DNA from: the human T2T-CHM13v2.0 reference genome, Homo sapiens
Length of the DNA: 64,000 nt
Reading direction: 5' to 3' (one strand)
Assembly: GCF_009914755.1 (NCBI RefSeq)
Contig: NC_060938.1
Shown here: piece by piece, positions 24,379 through 47,779 of the stretch
Layout of the letters: each line of letters opens with the position of its first letter
Position numbering within the stretch: position 1 is the first letter of the stretch
Translations under genes and position numbers: made by a program
The notes under the pieces: model-generated
Told to the model about the DNA's origin: nothing
Seen by the model: the letters and a program-made list of their open reading frames with translations, nothing else
The model's database searches: none

Positions 24379-26913
24379 GCCTGCCATGAGCACCGTCCAG
24401 ATCCAGCTTGGCCTCCGCTCTACATTTGTGTTTGTGTTCAAAGCACGGCGAGGCCTTCAGCCTTCCTGCCTGGGCGTTAACAGCCTTTGGAGGTCTGGGT
24501 TGGGTAGCAGTGCTCAGAGAAATAAGCCCTCAGTTCATCACTGACCCCTCACATGGTTCTCTTCACAAGGAATAAAAGCAAAGTACTTAATAGAATGTCC
24601 ATATTTCAAACTAGATATGTTTTCTTCTAAGAATGGTGATTATATAGTTGAGTGTTTTGCTTTTCTTTTTTTTTTTTCTGAGACACGGTGTCGCTCTGTC
24701 ACCCAGTCTGGAGTGTAGTGGCGTGATCAGGGCTTACTCGAGTTCCCAGGCTTATGCGATCCTCCCACCTCAGCCTCCTGAGTATCTGGAACCACAGGCA
24801 CTGCCACCATGCTGGCTAATTTTTGTATTTTCTGTAGAGATGGGGGTCTCGCCATGTTGGCCGGGCTGGTCTCAAACTCCTAGGCTCAAGTGAACCTCCC
24901 ACCTCAACCTCCCAAAGTGCTGGGATGACAGACATGAGCCCCCGCACCCAGCCTTGCTTTTCCATTTTGTATAGTTATCATTGCATGGATTTGGGGGGAG
25001 GCAATCACCAGGTAGCCTTAGGACTCTATGTCCCTTGCTCTAGGTCTCTTCCACTTGTGCCCTTTTTTTATGCCAGTCACCAGCAGGCTATTTCAGGTCC
25101 TCATTCACCGTTTGTCCTTTTGGTCTTTCTAAAAGCCCGCTTCTGGTCATATGACCTTTCTGAATTAAAACCTTCAGTGACCTCCACTATTTCACCTGGC
25201 CACGTCCCTGCGAGGCCCTGAGTGGCGTGGTCCAGGCTGCCCCAGCAGCCCCAGCTCTGCTGCCCCATCAAGGCAGAGCACTAGGGTGAGTGCCAGGCAG
25301 CATTCCCTCTCCAGGCCTACCCATCCCAGCCAGGAGCAGGCTCTAGATCCTGGTTTGTTTCCCCACCCATAATAGGAAGGTGACATAATAGGACCTACGT
25401 GGGCATCAAGTAAGTTGGGGCCTGACCACCACAAGTGCTCATTAAGTGCCACCAGCTGTTGTGGGGGTGATGACACTGTGCCTCCAGTTCCACTCAGTCT
25501 GTGTACTTTATTATGCCACAGACACATCCTGTACTTTCCTACCTCCCCTTTGGCTGTGATCCCCTCTACTCAAAACAAACACTCTTCCCTATCTTCATTG
25601 CATTTTGTTGAAATCCCATGGCTGTTCATAGCTCTCCTCAGATGCAGGCCCACCCCCACCCGTGCTGTTTCCTCCTTGTCTCATCCTGCCTGTCACGTTC
25701 TCCTGCTCGGCGGGCTCCACCTCTTCTGCTGCCCTCTAGGAGATGGCCAGCCTTTCCTGTGCTGCCACTGTTGTCTCACCTTACAGTCTTCCTGGCTCCA
25801 GATGAGTTTGAGAGCTTTTGCTTATCTTTGTAACCCATTTAGTATCTAACGTGGCATTTTATACATAGGAAGCTTCTCTCATCAGTATTGGTGGATGTGA
25901 ACCAAATTGAATACTGGCAGGTTGGTGACACGGAGAGCTATGTGCATATGCAAAAGCTGTAGCCCCTCACCTCTGGTTAGTTGGCCATAGGATGGAGTGT
26001 ACTTAAGGTACATAGACTATTTTACTCCCAAGAATGCTAGGCACTCACTGTCTTAATTGAGGCCACCAGATACACACATGAGAATATAAATAACGGCTTG
26101 TGGCAATAATGACTAAATGCCAAGGAGTGGCTGGTAAACCGCGGTGTTCCCTAGAGACCCCGGCCTGGGCTCTACTTAGGCTGCCTCTTGGACATCAGAC
26201 CAAGGCTTACATTCTGAATCCACAGGGCATCCACATGGGTGGTGTCAGTCCCCCACAGACAGAGAAGTGTCCCGTTGCATTTTTCCATCTATTCCAGTAG
26301 TAAGATTGTGTCATTTGAGATTTTCTTTAACTGTATAATTGGACGTTTAATTAACAAACCAGAGAGGAGGAAAAACAATGAGGTGGGTAGAGCATCATGT
26401 TCAGCCTCAGGGCTGTACAGCAAAGCAATTTTAGACTGCGGATGTTGAGTCTCCAGTTACCCTGAGTGCCAGTTACAGTGATTCACATCTGAAAGAACAG
26501 TACTGCAGGAGAGGGACAGCCCAGGGTGGATGGGTGGGGTGGGCAGGAGCTGGCTGCCAACTCCTTCCCTGAGCTGGGCCTGCAGAGCCCTGAGGAGTGG
26601 GGCATGCTGTCCTTTTTGCCTGATTTCCAAGGATTCTGCTTAACGAATTACTTCGTTCATTTTAGTAAGCACAGGTGGCTGGTGAAGATTTTCCAGCTAG
26701 GTAGATCTTTTTGTGTGTGGCTTATGACTTTTAGGGGGTGAGGGAAGAAAATAGACGAAAATAGACTTAGTTACAAATGTGAGTCTGTGCAGGAAAATGT
26801 GGAGGTCAGTCGTTAGTTGTGTTGTATCAAAGACGTGAATGAGGAACTAGCTGAAGTGTAAGAGGTTGATTTTCCTGTACGATTAAAAATAAACCTGCCT
26901 CTATGCATTTCAG

Positions 26914-27259
26914 TCGCAATGTATCTGCTGAGCAAAAAGATGAAAACAAAGAAGCAAAGCCTCGATCCCTACGCTTCACCTGGAGCATGAAAACCACTAG
27001 TTCAATGGATCCCGGGGACATGATGCGGGAAATCCGCAAAGTGTTGGACGCCAATAACTGCGACTATGAGCAGAGGGAGCGCTTCTTGCTCTTCTGCGTC
27101 CACGGAGATGGGCACGCGGAGAACCTCGTGCAGTGGGAAATGGAAGTGTGCAAGCTGCCAAGACTGTCTCTGAACGGGGTCCGGTTTAAGCGGATATCGG
27201 GGACATCCATAGCCTTCAAAAATATTGCTTCCAAAATTGCCAATGAGCTAAAGCTGTAA
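26914..27259 (+). CDS. MARK3: MARK3 terminal coding exon including the KA1 domain ([28 protein letters not shown]...KIANELKL*)
   Basis: tttcAG acceptor at 26912-26913; [14 protein letters not shown] and C-terminal ELKL are diagnostic of MARK/Par-1 KA1 domains; TAA at 27257-27259. Confidence 0.98.
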
Positions 27260-27835
27260 CCCAGTGATTATGATGTAAATTAAGTAGCAATTAAAGTGTT
27301 TTCCTGAACACTGATGGAAATGTATAGAATAATATTTAGGCAATAACGTCTGCATCTTCTAAATCATGAAATTAAAGTCTGAGGACGAGAGCACGCCTGG
27401 GAGCGAAAGCTGGCCTTTTTTCTACGAATGCACTACATTAAAGATGTGCAACCTATGCGCCCCCTGCCCTACTTCCGTTACCCTGAGAGTCGGCGTGTGG
27501 CCCCATCTCCATGTGCCTCCCGTCTGGGTGGGTGTGAGAGTGGACGGTATGTGTGTGAAGTGGTGTATATGGAAGCATCTCCCTACACTGGCAGCCAGTC
27601 ATTACTAGTACCTCTGCGGGAGATCATCCGGTGCTAAAACATTACAGTTGCCAAGGAGGAAAATACTGAATGACTGCTAAGAATTAACCTTAAGACCAGT
27701 TCATAGTTAATACAGGTTTACAGTTCATGCCTGTGGTTTTGTGTTTGTTGTTTTGTGTTTTTTTAGTGCAAAAGGTTTAAATTTATAGTTGTGAACATTG
27801 CTTGTGTGTGTTTTTCTAAGTAGATTCACAAGATA

Positions 27836-27841
27836 ATTAAA
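27836..27841 (+). terminator. MARK3: Probable MARK3 poly(A) signal ATTAAA (alternatives: ATTAAA 27290-27295, AATAAA 28003-28008)
   Basis: ATTAAA after a U/GU-rich 3' UTR and followed by a U-rich tract. Confidence 0.55.
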
Positions 27842-28344
27842 AATTCACTTTTTCTCAGTAAAATCTTGCATTGTCTCCTAATGCTGTATTTAACACATCC
27901 TCAAGTTGAGCAGAAGTAATGTGTATGAAGGCTTGGGGCCACGTGGACCTTCGCAGGGGTCCCAGCATTTTGTGATTACCAGCATATTTTTTCTCCCAAG
28001 GCAATAAAGAGAGAAGATGGCCCTCATGGTGACCCAAGAAGGAAGGGAATCCAGAGCAGCTGCAGCTTAACCCTGGGAGTTGTGGCACAGCCCTATGGAG
28101 AAACACCAGGTCTTGACAGTTCTGGGTTGGTTCTCTGTGAAGTATGTAAATTTCCTTTCTCCTTTCTTGTGATTCAGTACATGAATCAGACCTGCAGCTT
28201 TTGTCCAACACCTACATGGTTGTGTAGGGGTAATGAGCTCATAACTCATTGTGTTGCTTTATTCTCACAGGGAAGTTGTCACACTGATTGGTGTGCTATT
28301 CTGGGTTCTGGGTTTGTTGTTGGTCAGAGTATGAAAGTCTGGAG

Positions 28345-40367
<12,023 letters not shown>

Positions 40368-41199
40368 GCCTCAGCCTTCTCAGCAGTACCAAAAAAGCCT
40401 CACTTATCTAAGCTGAAATGCTGTCATCTGCTCAGTGGAAACCTCACGGCCAAAAGACTTCTTGCCAATCAAATTACTGTTTTCTTTTTACCTGTAGAAA
40501 AGGAGACTCACTTCACATCCATGTGGGTCCAATGTGCAACCCCTGAAGGGTGCTCTGGGAGGCTTTAGGAAGTGCCCGCTGGCTCGAAATAGAAATGCAG
40601 AAGGGGCAAGTGCAGCCTTTTAAGCCACTGCTAAGACAAGCAGGTCCCAACTGTGGGAGGCTAGAATGTTCTCAGAAGAGCAGTGAAAAGAGCCCAGGAG
40701 TTAGAGCCGGCGAGGCCGGACCGGTCTGTCTTCCTCTCTGAACCTGAGTTTCCCTGTCTGTGAGGCCTCAGGCCGTGGTAGTGGTAAAGTCTTGCTGCTG
40801 CTTGGTGGGCTTCCGCAGACTGGAACACATGACAGCATTTTCTACAAAACACCATTAAAAACATTATTTTGGCTTATATAAGTAATACATGTGCCCTGTA
40901 GAAAATTTGGAAAATATAAAGAAGGAAATCACCTGTTACCCCACCACCCACAGTGACTACTGTTCTTTGGGGTTTTTCCATACATATTCTGTGTGGGATC
41001 TCAGAGCACAAGCTGTTTTATAACCTGCTTCTGCTCTTGAGCTTTTCTCAGCATGTCACCACCTCACTAGATTCCTCACACTGTCCTCCCTGTCTGCACA
41101 GGACCCCAGAGGAGGGGTGGGGCTGTAGCCACTCTTCAGTGTCAGCAAGCCCTTACAGTTTCCCTGTTCTCAGTCATTGTTCACTTATATTTCTGTAGG

Positions 41200-41411
41200 G
41201 CAACGGGACTCGAGGAAGGGGGGCTGTTTTGCCCCCTAAGGGGCATTTGTGAATGTCTAGACATTTTTGATTGTCATAAGTTGGGGAAGCGAGGACTACT
41301 GGCATGCAGCAGTTGGAGGCCAGGGCTGCTGCTGGACGTCCTGCAGCGCACAGGACGGCCCCCACCAGAGTGGTCCGGCCCAAGTGTCTGGAGCGCCACT
41401 GCGGAAACCCC
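41200..41411. mobile_element. MER20 (hAT-Charlie) DNA transposon
   Basis: ttttgccccctaaggggcatttgtgaatgtctagacatttttgattgtca...ctactggcat...ggccagggctgctgct...gcacaggacggccccca matches the recalled MER20 consensus. Confidence 0.8.
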
Positions 41412-42772
41412 GCCGTGGACTCCTTCCCTAGCTGGGAAGTCCCTGAGTGGACAGGAGGGACAGCTGAGGTGGGGCTTGGTGCAGCCAGATTGCCCTGCAG
41501 GGAGATGTGTCCAACAGCCAGAACATCTCCCTGCGTCCCTGCCGCCCCTAGATACTGTCCTTTGCTGTCCATGTTTGACAGTGCTTTCAAGGAGAATTGC
41601 CTGTTAAAGTCTGCGGAGTCTGAGGAAAAAGGAAGGCTGTCTAGACTGTGGTTGGAGGCTCCGTGGAACTAGTGGCACAGGCAGACGACTGTAGCTCCCC
41701 CACTGAGGGGAGTGTATTTTAGGCCCTGCCTGGTCCCCAAAAGAATTAATGCAGTAAGATAAAATACGTGAGGCACAGGGAGGAGAGTGGGGCCCGGAGA
41801 GCTGGGGGTCCAGGCCCTGTGGGCGCCACAGGCCAGCCAAGGCCCCACCCACCTTCAGAGTTTTACTGCCTCAGAAGTGGTCCTGAGCCAGGCCCAGCCT
41901 TCTCGGCCTCCCCGGACAGTGCGTTGAGAGGCCTGCATGGGGTGATTAGGGGTTCCGCTTGTTTGACCACCGGTGGTTCTAGGAGTGCCCCACTCTGAGA
42001 TTCAACATGGGAAAAGGGGAGCGTTGAAACACAAGTGTTAGGCCTGCCCAGCCATGCCCTCAGCCCTGTGTTCACCTCGGAGTGGGGCCCACACCACCCC
42101 AGCGATTGTCAGGCTGGCTCTGCCCAAGCCGTGATGAGAGGGACTGAGCCAGCAGGAGGGGCTGCCGCTGTTGAGCGGGAGGAGGGCAGCACTGACAAGG
42201 CCCCCTGGGGGTGGGGCTTTGCTGGTCAGGTCCCCACTGGGTCCGCGCCCCTTCCTCACTGCCCTCAGCCTCCCCTTTCTGGAGGGGCTCACTTCCTGTG
42301 CTCACCTCGGGCCCTTCGTCCCCGCCCTTCTCCCAAGACTCTCGATTGTACAGCTCGGCCTATCCTGGCCCGGGCCTTCCTAGCAAAAGGCTAAGCCAGA
42401 AACTGGCCTTGTGCCCAGGCTGGTCAGCCAGGGAGGGCCCAGTCTAGGGTCCAAAGGCTGGATGCAGAAGTCCCCCCAGCCTTCTGCACCAGGGGACCTG
42501 CCCCCTATGCCCCTAGCCTACCAGGTGTTCACTCAGGGAGGTGGACACTTCAACCCTGCCCTTAGGACCCCCCACAAGCCAAGCCCAGCAGCAGATTCAG
42601 GGATGCACCCCACTGCTGCTCCTGGGCCCCAGTGTCTAGGTTGGCAATCCCCTCGTGTCCCAAGGAGGTGAGAGCCCAGTGATCCGCAGCTTTTAGTGTC
42701 CAGGTGGGCATGGAGATGCAGGATGAGGCCTGTCCCAGACCCTGATCCCCAGGGGTGGGGCAGAGGAGGCCC

Positions 42773-42791
42773 TGGCCAGCAGGTGGCAGCA
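42773..42791 (+). promoter_or_regulatory. CTCF motif ~0.9 kb beyond the CKB 3' end
   Basis: TGGCCAGCAGGTGGCAGCA fits the core CC[AG][CG][CT]AG[AG][GT]GGC[AG] at every position. Confidence 0.7.
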
Positions 42792-43728
42792 CAGGCTGCG
42801 TCCTTGGCGCTTAGGAGCTGGAGGAAGGTGGGGAGCAGGATTCCTAGCCCCCGCTGGCTCACCTATCCGCCTCCACTCCCTGAGCTGGCCGAGCCCCTCA
42901 GGGTGCCCAATCATGGTAGGAGCCCTGAGCCAGAGGCTGGGCAGGGACAGTGGCAACTGGCAACTAGGGTGAGTTGGCGGGGGGGTTGCACCAGGGACCA
43001 GGGCGACCAAGCCCTAAACAGCCCCAACCCCCCTTCTGCCCAGGGTCCCTACCTTGTGGTTCCACCTTGAGGCCAAGGGGCTGGACACCCAGAGGCCCCT
43101 GAAGAGGAGCCTGCCAGTAAAGGGGGGACCAGTGGCTCCCCAGGGCTGCTAGAGGGTCTTGAGGACTGAGCCCAATGACCAGTGGAGCCAGGGGGGCTGT
43201 TCAGCCTGAAGGCCGAGGCTGGGAGGGAAGGAAGCAGGGAAGAGAAGATAGAGAGTAGGTGTTGGCGGGGTAGGAAGGAGGCAGGGAGATGCCTGCATCT
43301 GATAGTGTTGCAGCTTGGAAGACTGGAGGAGGAAGCCAGTTGGAGGGACCGGAAAGCTCTCAAGTTTCTGAGGTCAACCCCCCACCTCCACTATCCCTAC
43401 CTCCCCCACCCTGCAGGATGGGCCTGAGGAACGTGCCAGGCTCCACACCCAGGCCTGAATGCCCTCAGATGCTCAGGCCTGGAGCTCCTCCCTCGCTCTC
43501 TCCCATGTTCCTGCCTGCACAGCCCGATAGACACGAGGGAAGGGGCCCATGGACTAGGTAGGGCAGGCAGAACAGAGTGGCCACCTCCTGGCTCTTGTCC
43601 CATCTCACAGAAGGCGAGGCCCACAGCAGGCCCAGGACTCAAGACTCCTGGGGCCTGGCTGCTGCCCTTCCCCCTCCCCCCTGGGAAAGGAGAGGCACCA
43701 CTCAGACGCAGGCAGGCCAAAACCCTAG

Positions 43729-43734
43729 TTTATT
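43729..43734 (-). terminator. CKB: CKB poly(A) signal AATAAA
   Basis: TTTATT on the + strand, about 175 nt beyond the TGA stop. Confidence 0.85.
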
Positions 43735-43907
43735 TCAGCATCAGCAGTATCTTAGCCATCAAAAAAATAAACTCTACCAAGGGTGACGGAAGTCTCTACA
43801 GCAAGGCTAAGGGCTCGCCAGACGGCGAACATCAGGGGTGCATGGTGGGCACTGCCCAGGCAATAAGTTAGGAAGCAGCAGGGCTGGTGTCGGGTGTGGG
43901 CCGGGCT

Positions 43908-44086
43908 TCATTTCTGGGCAGGCATGAGGTCGTCGATGGCCTGGCCCTGCTCCAGCCGCTGCTCCATCTCGATGAGCAGCTTCACTCCGTCCACCACCAT
44001 CTGCACCAGCTCCACCTCTGAGAAGCCCAGGCGGTCAGCGTTGGAGACGTCGAAGACCCCGCCCACCGCAGCCGTGTCCACACCGC
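43908..44086 (-). CDS. CKB: CKB exon 8, coding part 179 nt ([29 protein letters not shown]...MPAQK*)
   Basis: AG acceptor at 44088-44087; TGA at 43910-43908; creatine kinase C-terminus. Confidence 0.98.
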
Positions 44087-44165
44087 CTGGGGAGACAGCA
44101 AGTCAGGGCGGAGGAAACAGGGCTGCCCAAAGGCCACGGGAAGCCGCAGCACCTGCCCTGCTCAC

Positions 44166-44355
44166 CTGTGCCTCGCTTCTGAAGTCGCAGCCGCTTAAGC
44201 ACCTCCGAGAACTTCTCATGCTTGCCCAGGTTGGGCAGCTTGATATGCACACCTGCCCGCAGCCCGGTGCCCAGGTTGGATGGGCAGGTGAGGATGTAGC
44301 CCAGGTGAGGGTTCCACATGAACTCATAGTCCTTAGACTTGAAGAGAGTTTCAAT
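44166..44355 (-). CDS. CKB: CKB exon 7, 190 nt, containing the active-site CPSNLGT motif
   Basis: [40 protein letters not shown]...; GT-AG boundaries. Confidence 0.98.
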
Positions 44356-44512
44356 CTGCAGACGGAGAAGAGGGTATGAGGGAGAAGGCCTGCCTGAAAC
44401 CCCTACAGGCCCTGAGACTCCCCAGTGCCGGAAATCCCCCGGGGGGACTGATGCTGGGGCACCCACATCCCTGCTGGGGCCCTGGGGTCTGGGCCTGCCC
44501 CGTCCCTGGCAC

Positions 44513-44636
44513 CTGGGTGAGGCCGGTGCAGAAGCGGGTGAACACCTCCTTCATGTTGCCCCCCTTCTGCATGGAGATGACCCGCAGGTGGTCCTCCTCG
44601 TTGACCCACACCAGGAAGGTCTTATTGTCATTGTGC
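44513..44636 (-). CDS. CKB: CKB exon 6, 124 nt, containing the NEEDH motif
   Basis: [41 protein letters not shown]; GT-AG boundaries. Confidence 0.98.
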
Positions 44637-45306
44637 CTGCGGGAGGGCTGGTCTCAGGGCATACCCAGAAAAAAGCCCCAGGCCGCCCCCAGACCAAAGG
44701 AACTTCCCAAGTCCCTGAGGTGCTGCTCCCTGCCATGCCCAGGAGTGGAGGCTGCTGCCAAGACTCCACCCGCCAACACGGGGCGGGCGGGGGAACCGGG
44801 ACGCCTCACAGCAGGAGAACCCCAGCTGCCATCATGCGCTGTGGCCCGAGGTGGGGCGGGGCCAGGGACCGCCAGGACAGCCCGACCCGCCCCCCACAGT
44901 GGGGGTAGGAGCCCTGCCCCTGGAGAAGCTTTGGCGTCACCAGCCCCTGGTAGAATCCCAGCGGCGGAGGAGTGAGAAAAGAAAACAAAGAGCTCCAGCT
45001 CCCAGGGCCGTCGGGGAGAGGCGCCAGAGAGCCCCGCCCCCACCTCACGTCTCGGGGTGGGGAGGTGTTGCTGAGTCCTGAGCCCCCACGGGCCGGGGCC
45101 CAGTCCCTTAACGCACCTGCTCGGCCAAGGTCACCGGCGCAGGAGGAGGCGCGGCACGGAACCCAGACCCGGAGCGCGGCCGGCCCCTCCCTCCTCCTCC
45201 TCCTCCTCCTCGCCGCGAGGGGCCCCACCCCCGCGAGGGGGGCGAGAGGGAAAGCGGAGGTAGCGGGGAGGGAGGACGCCGCGAGAGGGCGCAGAGGGAC
45301 ACGCAC

Positions 45307-45478
45307 CAGATACCGCGGGCGTCGGGCCAGTCGCGGGCCATGCCCGAGGCCAGCAGCAGGGGCGACACGGGCTTGTCGAAGAGGAAGTGGTCGTCGATGA
45401 GCTGCTGCTGCTCCGCCTCCGTCATGCTCTTGAGCGCGTAGTATCGGCCCGCCAGGTCGCCGTCCAGGCTGGACAGGG
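45307..45478 (-). CDS. CKB: CKB exon 5, 172 nt
   Basis: [58 protein letters not shown]; GT-AG boundaries. Confidence 0.98.
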
Positions 45479-45861
45479 CTGCGAGGGGTGCGCTCAGGAC
45501 GCTCGGCTCCCGCGCCCGCCCCTCCAGCCCGCAGCGCGGACCCGCCCGCCCCCGTGCCCCACCTCGGGGGACGTCAGAGGGCCCCACCCGCCCGGATCTG
45601 CGGGCGTCCAGTCCTCACGGCCCGGGCGACGGTCCCAGGCGGTGACCCCGCGCCAGGACCCGCCCTCCCTGGGCCCCAGGCCGCTGTGGGCGCGGGGCTG
45701 GGCCTCCGTCCCTCGGTCCCTCCGGGAAACTGAACCCGGGCGCGCGCAGATAAGAGCGCGACGGCGGCTGCCGCTCCCGGGCGACGTAAACAAAAGCGGG
45801 CGGGGACCGCGCCGGGAGGGGGACGCGGCCGCCGCCGCCCCTCGGCCCGCCCGGCCCCTAC

Positions 45862-45994
45862 CTTCCACCGCGAGCTTCTCGATGGCGCGGCGCTCCCCGC
45901 GGCTGCAGTGCGGGGGGAGGCAGAAGCCACGGATGCTGCGGCCCGTGCGCACCCGCGAGCTCAGCACGTAGTTGGGGTCCAGGTCGTCGCCGCC
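45862..45994 (-). CDS. CKB: CKB exon 4, 133 nt
   Basis: [44 protein letters not shown]; GT-AG boundaries. Confidence 0.98.
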
Positions 45995-46066
45995 CTGGGA
46001 GGCGAGACGGGAGTGAGCGCCCGAAGACCCCGGCCCCGCCCGCCCGGCCCGCCCGCAGCCCCGCAC

Positions 46067-46221
46067 CTGCAGGTTGTCGGGGTTGAGGTCGGTCTTGTGC
46101 TCATCGCTGGGCTTGTAGCCGCCGTGCCGGTCCTCGATGATGGGGTCGAAGAGATCCTTGAACACTTCGTAGGACTCCTCGTCGCCCGCCACGCAGCCCA
46201 CGGTCATGATGTACGGGTGGC
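46067..46221 (-). CDS. CKB: CKB exon 3, 155 nt
   Basis: [51 protein letters not shown]; GT-AG boundaries. Confidence 0.98.
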
Positions 46222-46344
46222 CTGGGGGAGGGGGCGCGGGACGGGGACAGTGACGTCACTGCCGGGCCCGAGCGCGCTGCTGAGGACCCTGCGGCTGCGC
46301 GGGGGGAGGGGGGGCCGGGACCCCGGCCCCGAGGGGTCGCGTAC

Positions 46345-46537
46345 CCGGGTTGTCCACGCCTGTCTGGATGACGTCGTCCAGCGTGAAGCCGCTCGGCGTG
46401 CTCTTGGCGCGCAGCTCCGCGTACAGCTCGGGGGTCAGCACCTTGGCCATGTGGTTGTTGTGGGCGCTCAGGTCGGGGAACTCGTCCTCGGCCGGGAAGC
46501 GCAGCTTCAGTGCGTTGTGGCTGTTGGAGAAGGGCAT
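46345..46537 (-). CDS. CKB: CKB exon 2, coding part 193 nt (exon begins at 46549); brain-type creatine kinase N-terminus
   Basis: GCCGCC-ATG context; [36 protein letters not shown]...; 193+155+133+172+124+190+179 = 1146 nt = 381 aa plus stop. Confidence 0.98.
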
Positions 46538-46809
46538 GGCGGCGGCGGGCTGCGGGGAGACGCGGGGTCAGAGGGGACCGGCACGCCGGGGTTCCCGGGC
46601 TCCCGCGTACCACTCAGGCCCCCGCCGCCGGGCCCCCCGGCGCCCCCCGGGACGCGGCCAAGGTCAGCGGGGTCCGCAGCGCGCGCGGGGAGCGCCATCA
46701 TCGCCGGGGACCCCCGGCCGGTCCGGCGCGCGCTCCAGGCGACGCGCCCCCTTTGCACGCAGCGCCCCTAGCCCGGGCGCGGACGCCCCCGGCCCCCGGG
46801 CCCACTCAC

Positions 46810-46877
46810 CGGGCGGCCGGGCGGGGGCGGGGGCGCTCCGTCCGTCGGCAGCTCCCGGAGCGACGCAGGCGAACAGC
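46810..46877 (-). other. CKB: CKB non-coding exon 1 (TSS approximate)
   Basis: CCG/GTGAGT donor at 46809; start about 25-28 nt from the TTAA box; matches the recalled 5' UTR GCTGTTCGCCTGCGTCG. Confidence 0.85.
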
Positions 46878-46899
46878 GGCCGCTCCGCGCTCCCGCGGC

Positions 46900-46962
46900 T
46901 CTTAAGGGGCACAACGCGGGCCGCCCATTGGCGGCTATTTATAGCCCATTCATTCCATTGGC
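46900..46962 (-). promoter_or_regulatory. CKB: CKB core promoter: TTAA box (46902-46905), CCAAT (46927-46931), TATAAATA/MEF2 element CTATAAATAG (46935-46944), CCAAT (46957-46961)
   Basis: Motifs read directly; the arrangement agrees with the known CKB promoter architecture. Confidence 0.9.
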
Positions 46963-47779
46963 CCGCGCCGCGGGGTGGTGCCGCCGCTTTGTCCGCCGCC
47001 CGCAGCCCCCAACACCCTGGCCGCCCACCCGAGCTGTCCCCTCGCTGGGACCCCGCGCAGCCTGCCCAGTCCCCCGCCCAAGACCTCGAGGCCGAAACCT
47101 CAGGTCCTTGGATATCTGGATCCCCTCGCACGCCCTTGCCTCTGGGCGGGAAACTGAGGCGGAGAGCCTCCGGGCACTCGAGGACGCTTGGGTTCATCCG
47201 CATCCTCGAGCCTGCCCGCCTAGTCCAGCCAGCCCCCGCGGCGGCGGCGAGGGGCCGGGCGAAAGCTTTCGGGGCTTCCGCAGCAGGTACGGCCCCCGCC
47301 CCACCCCCGGCCAGTGCGAGCTGGCCCGGAGCCGCCGACCTTCCTCAAGGTGCCCGCAGGCATTTCCTGGGCGATCCTGGTGCAAAGCGAAGGCGCGCGG
47401 GAAGCGCAGTCTGGCTGCGGCCCAGCCCGGGGGCACCCGCGGTGCCCTGACCTTGGACAAGTCCTGGGTCTCGGGGGGCTGCGAGCCAGAAACCACGGGG
47501 ACGCTGTGGCCTTAAGAGGCCGCTGGCAAGTGCAGCCTCGGAGTTTCCAGACCCCAACCCTGGGCCCTCTTCGCAGGGGACAAGTTTACCCGACCCCCCA
47601 AGGCAGTCCCCGGAGACTTCAGGCAAAGATGGGAGGAAACGCTAATAAACAATAAGCATAAGTGCGATTAAAAAAAAAAACTGATCTCACGAATAACCAG
47701 AATCATGCAAATTAAGCAGTGACTCCACCTGCCCCTACCCCCAACACTCCCAGATCGACCCCAGCCATTGCTGGCTTTG

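Larger units (their letters stand above)
45000..47500. promoter_or_regulatory. CKB: CpG island covering the CKB promoter and exons 1-5
   Basis: Very high GC and CpG density with many GC boxes; boundaries approximate. Confidence 0.9.

Noticed and set aside
43894-47515. Long antisense and overlapping ORFs across CKB (for example 46350-47450, 366 aa; 45908-46771, 287 aa)
   Set aside because: Stop-codon depletion in the CpG island and antisense shadows of high-GC3 exons; low-complexity Arg/Gly/Pro/Ala content.
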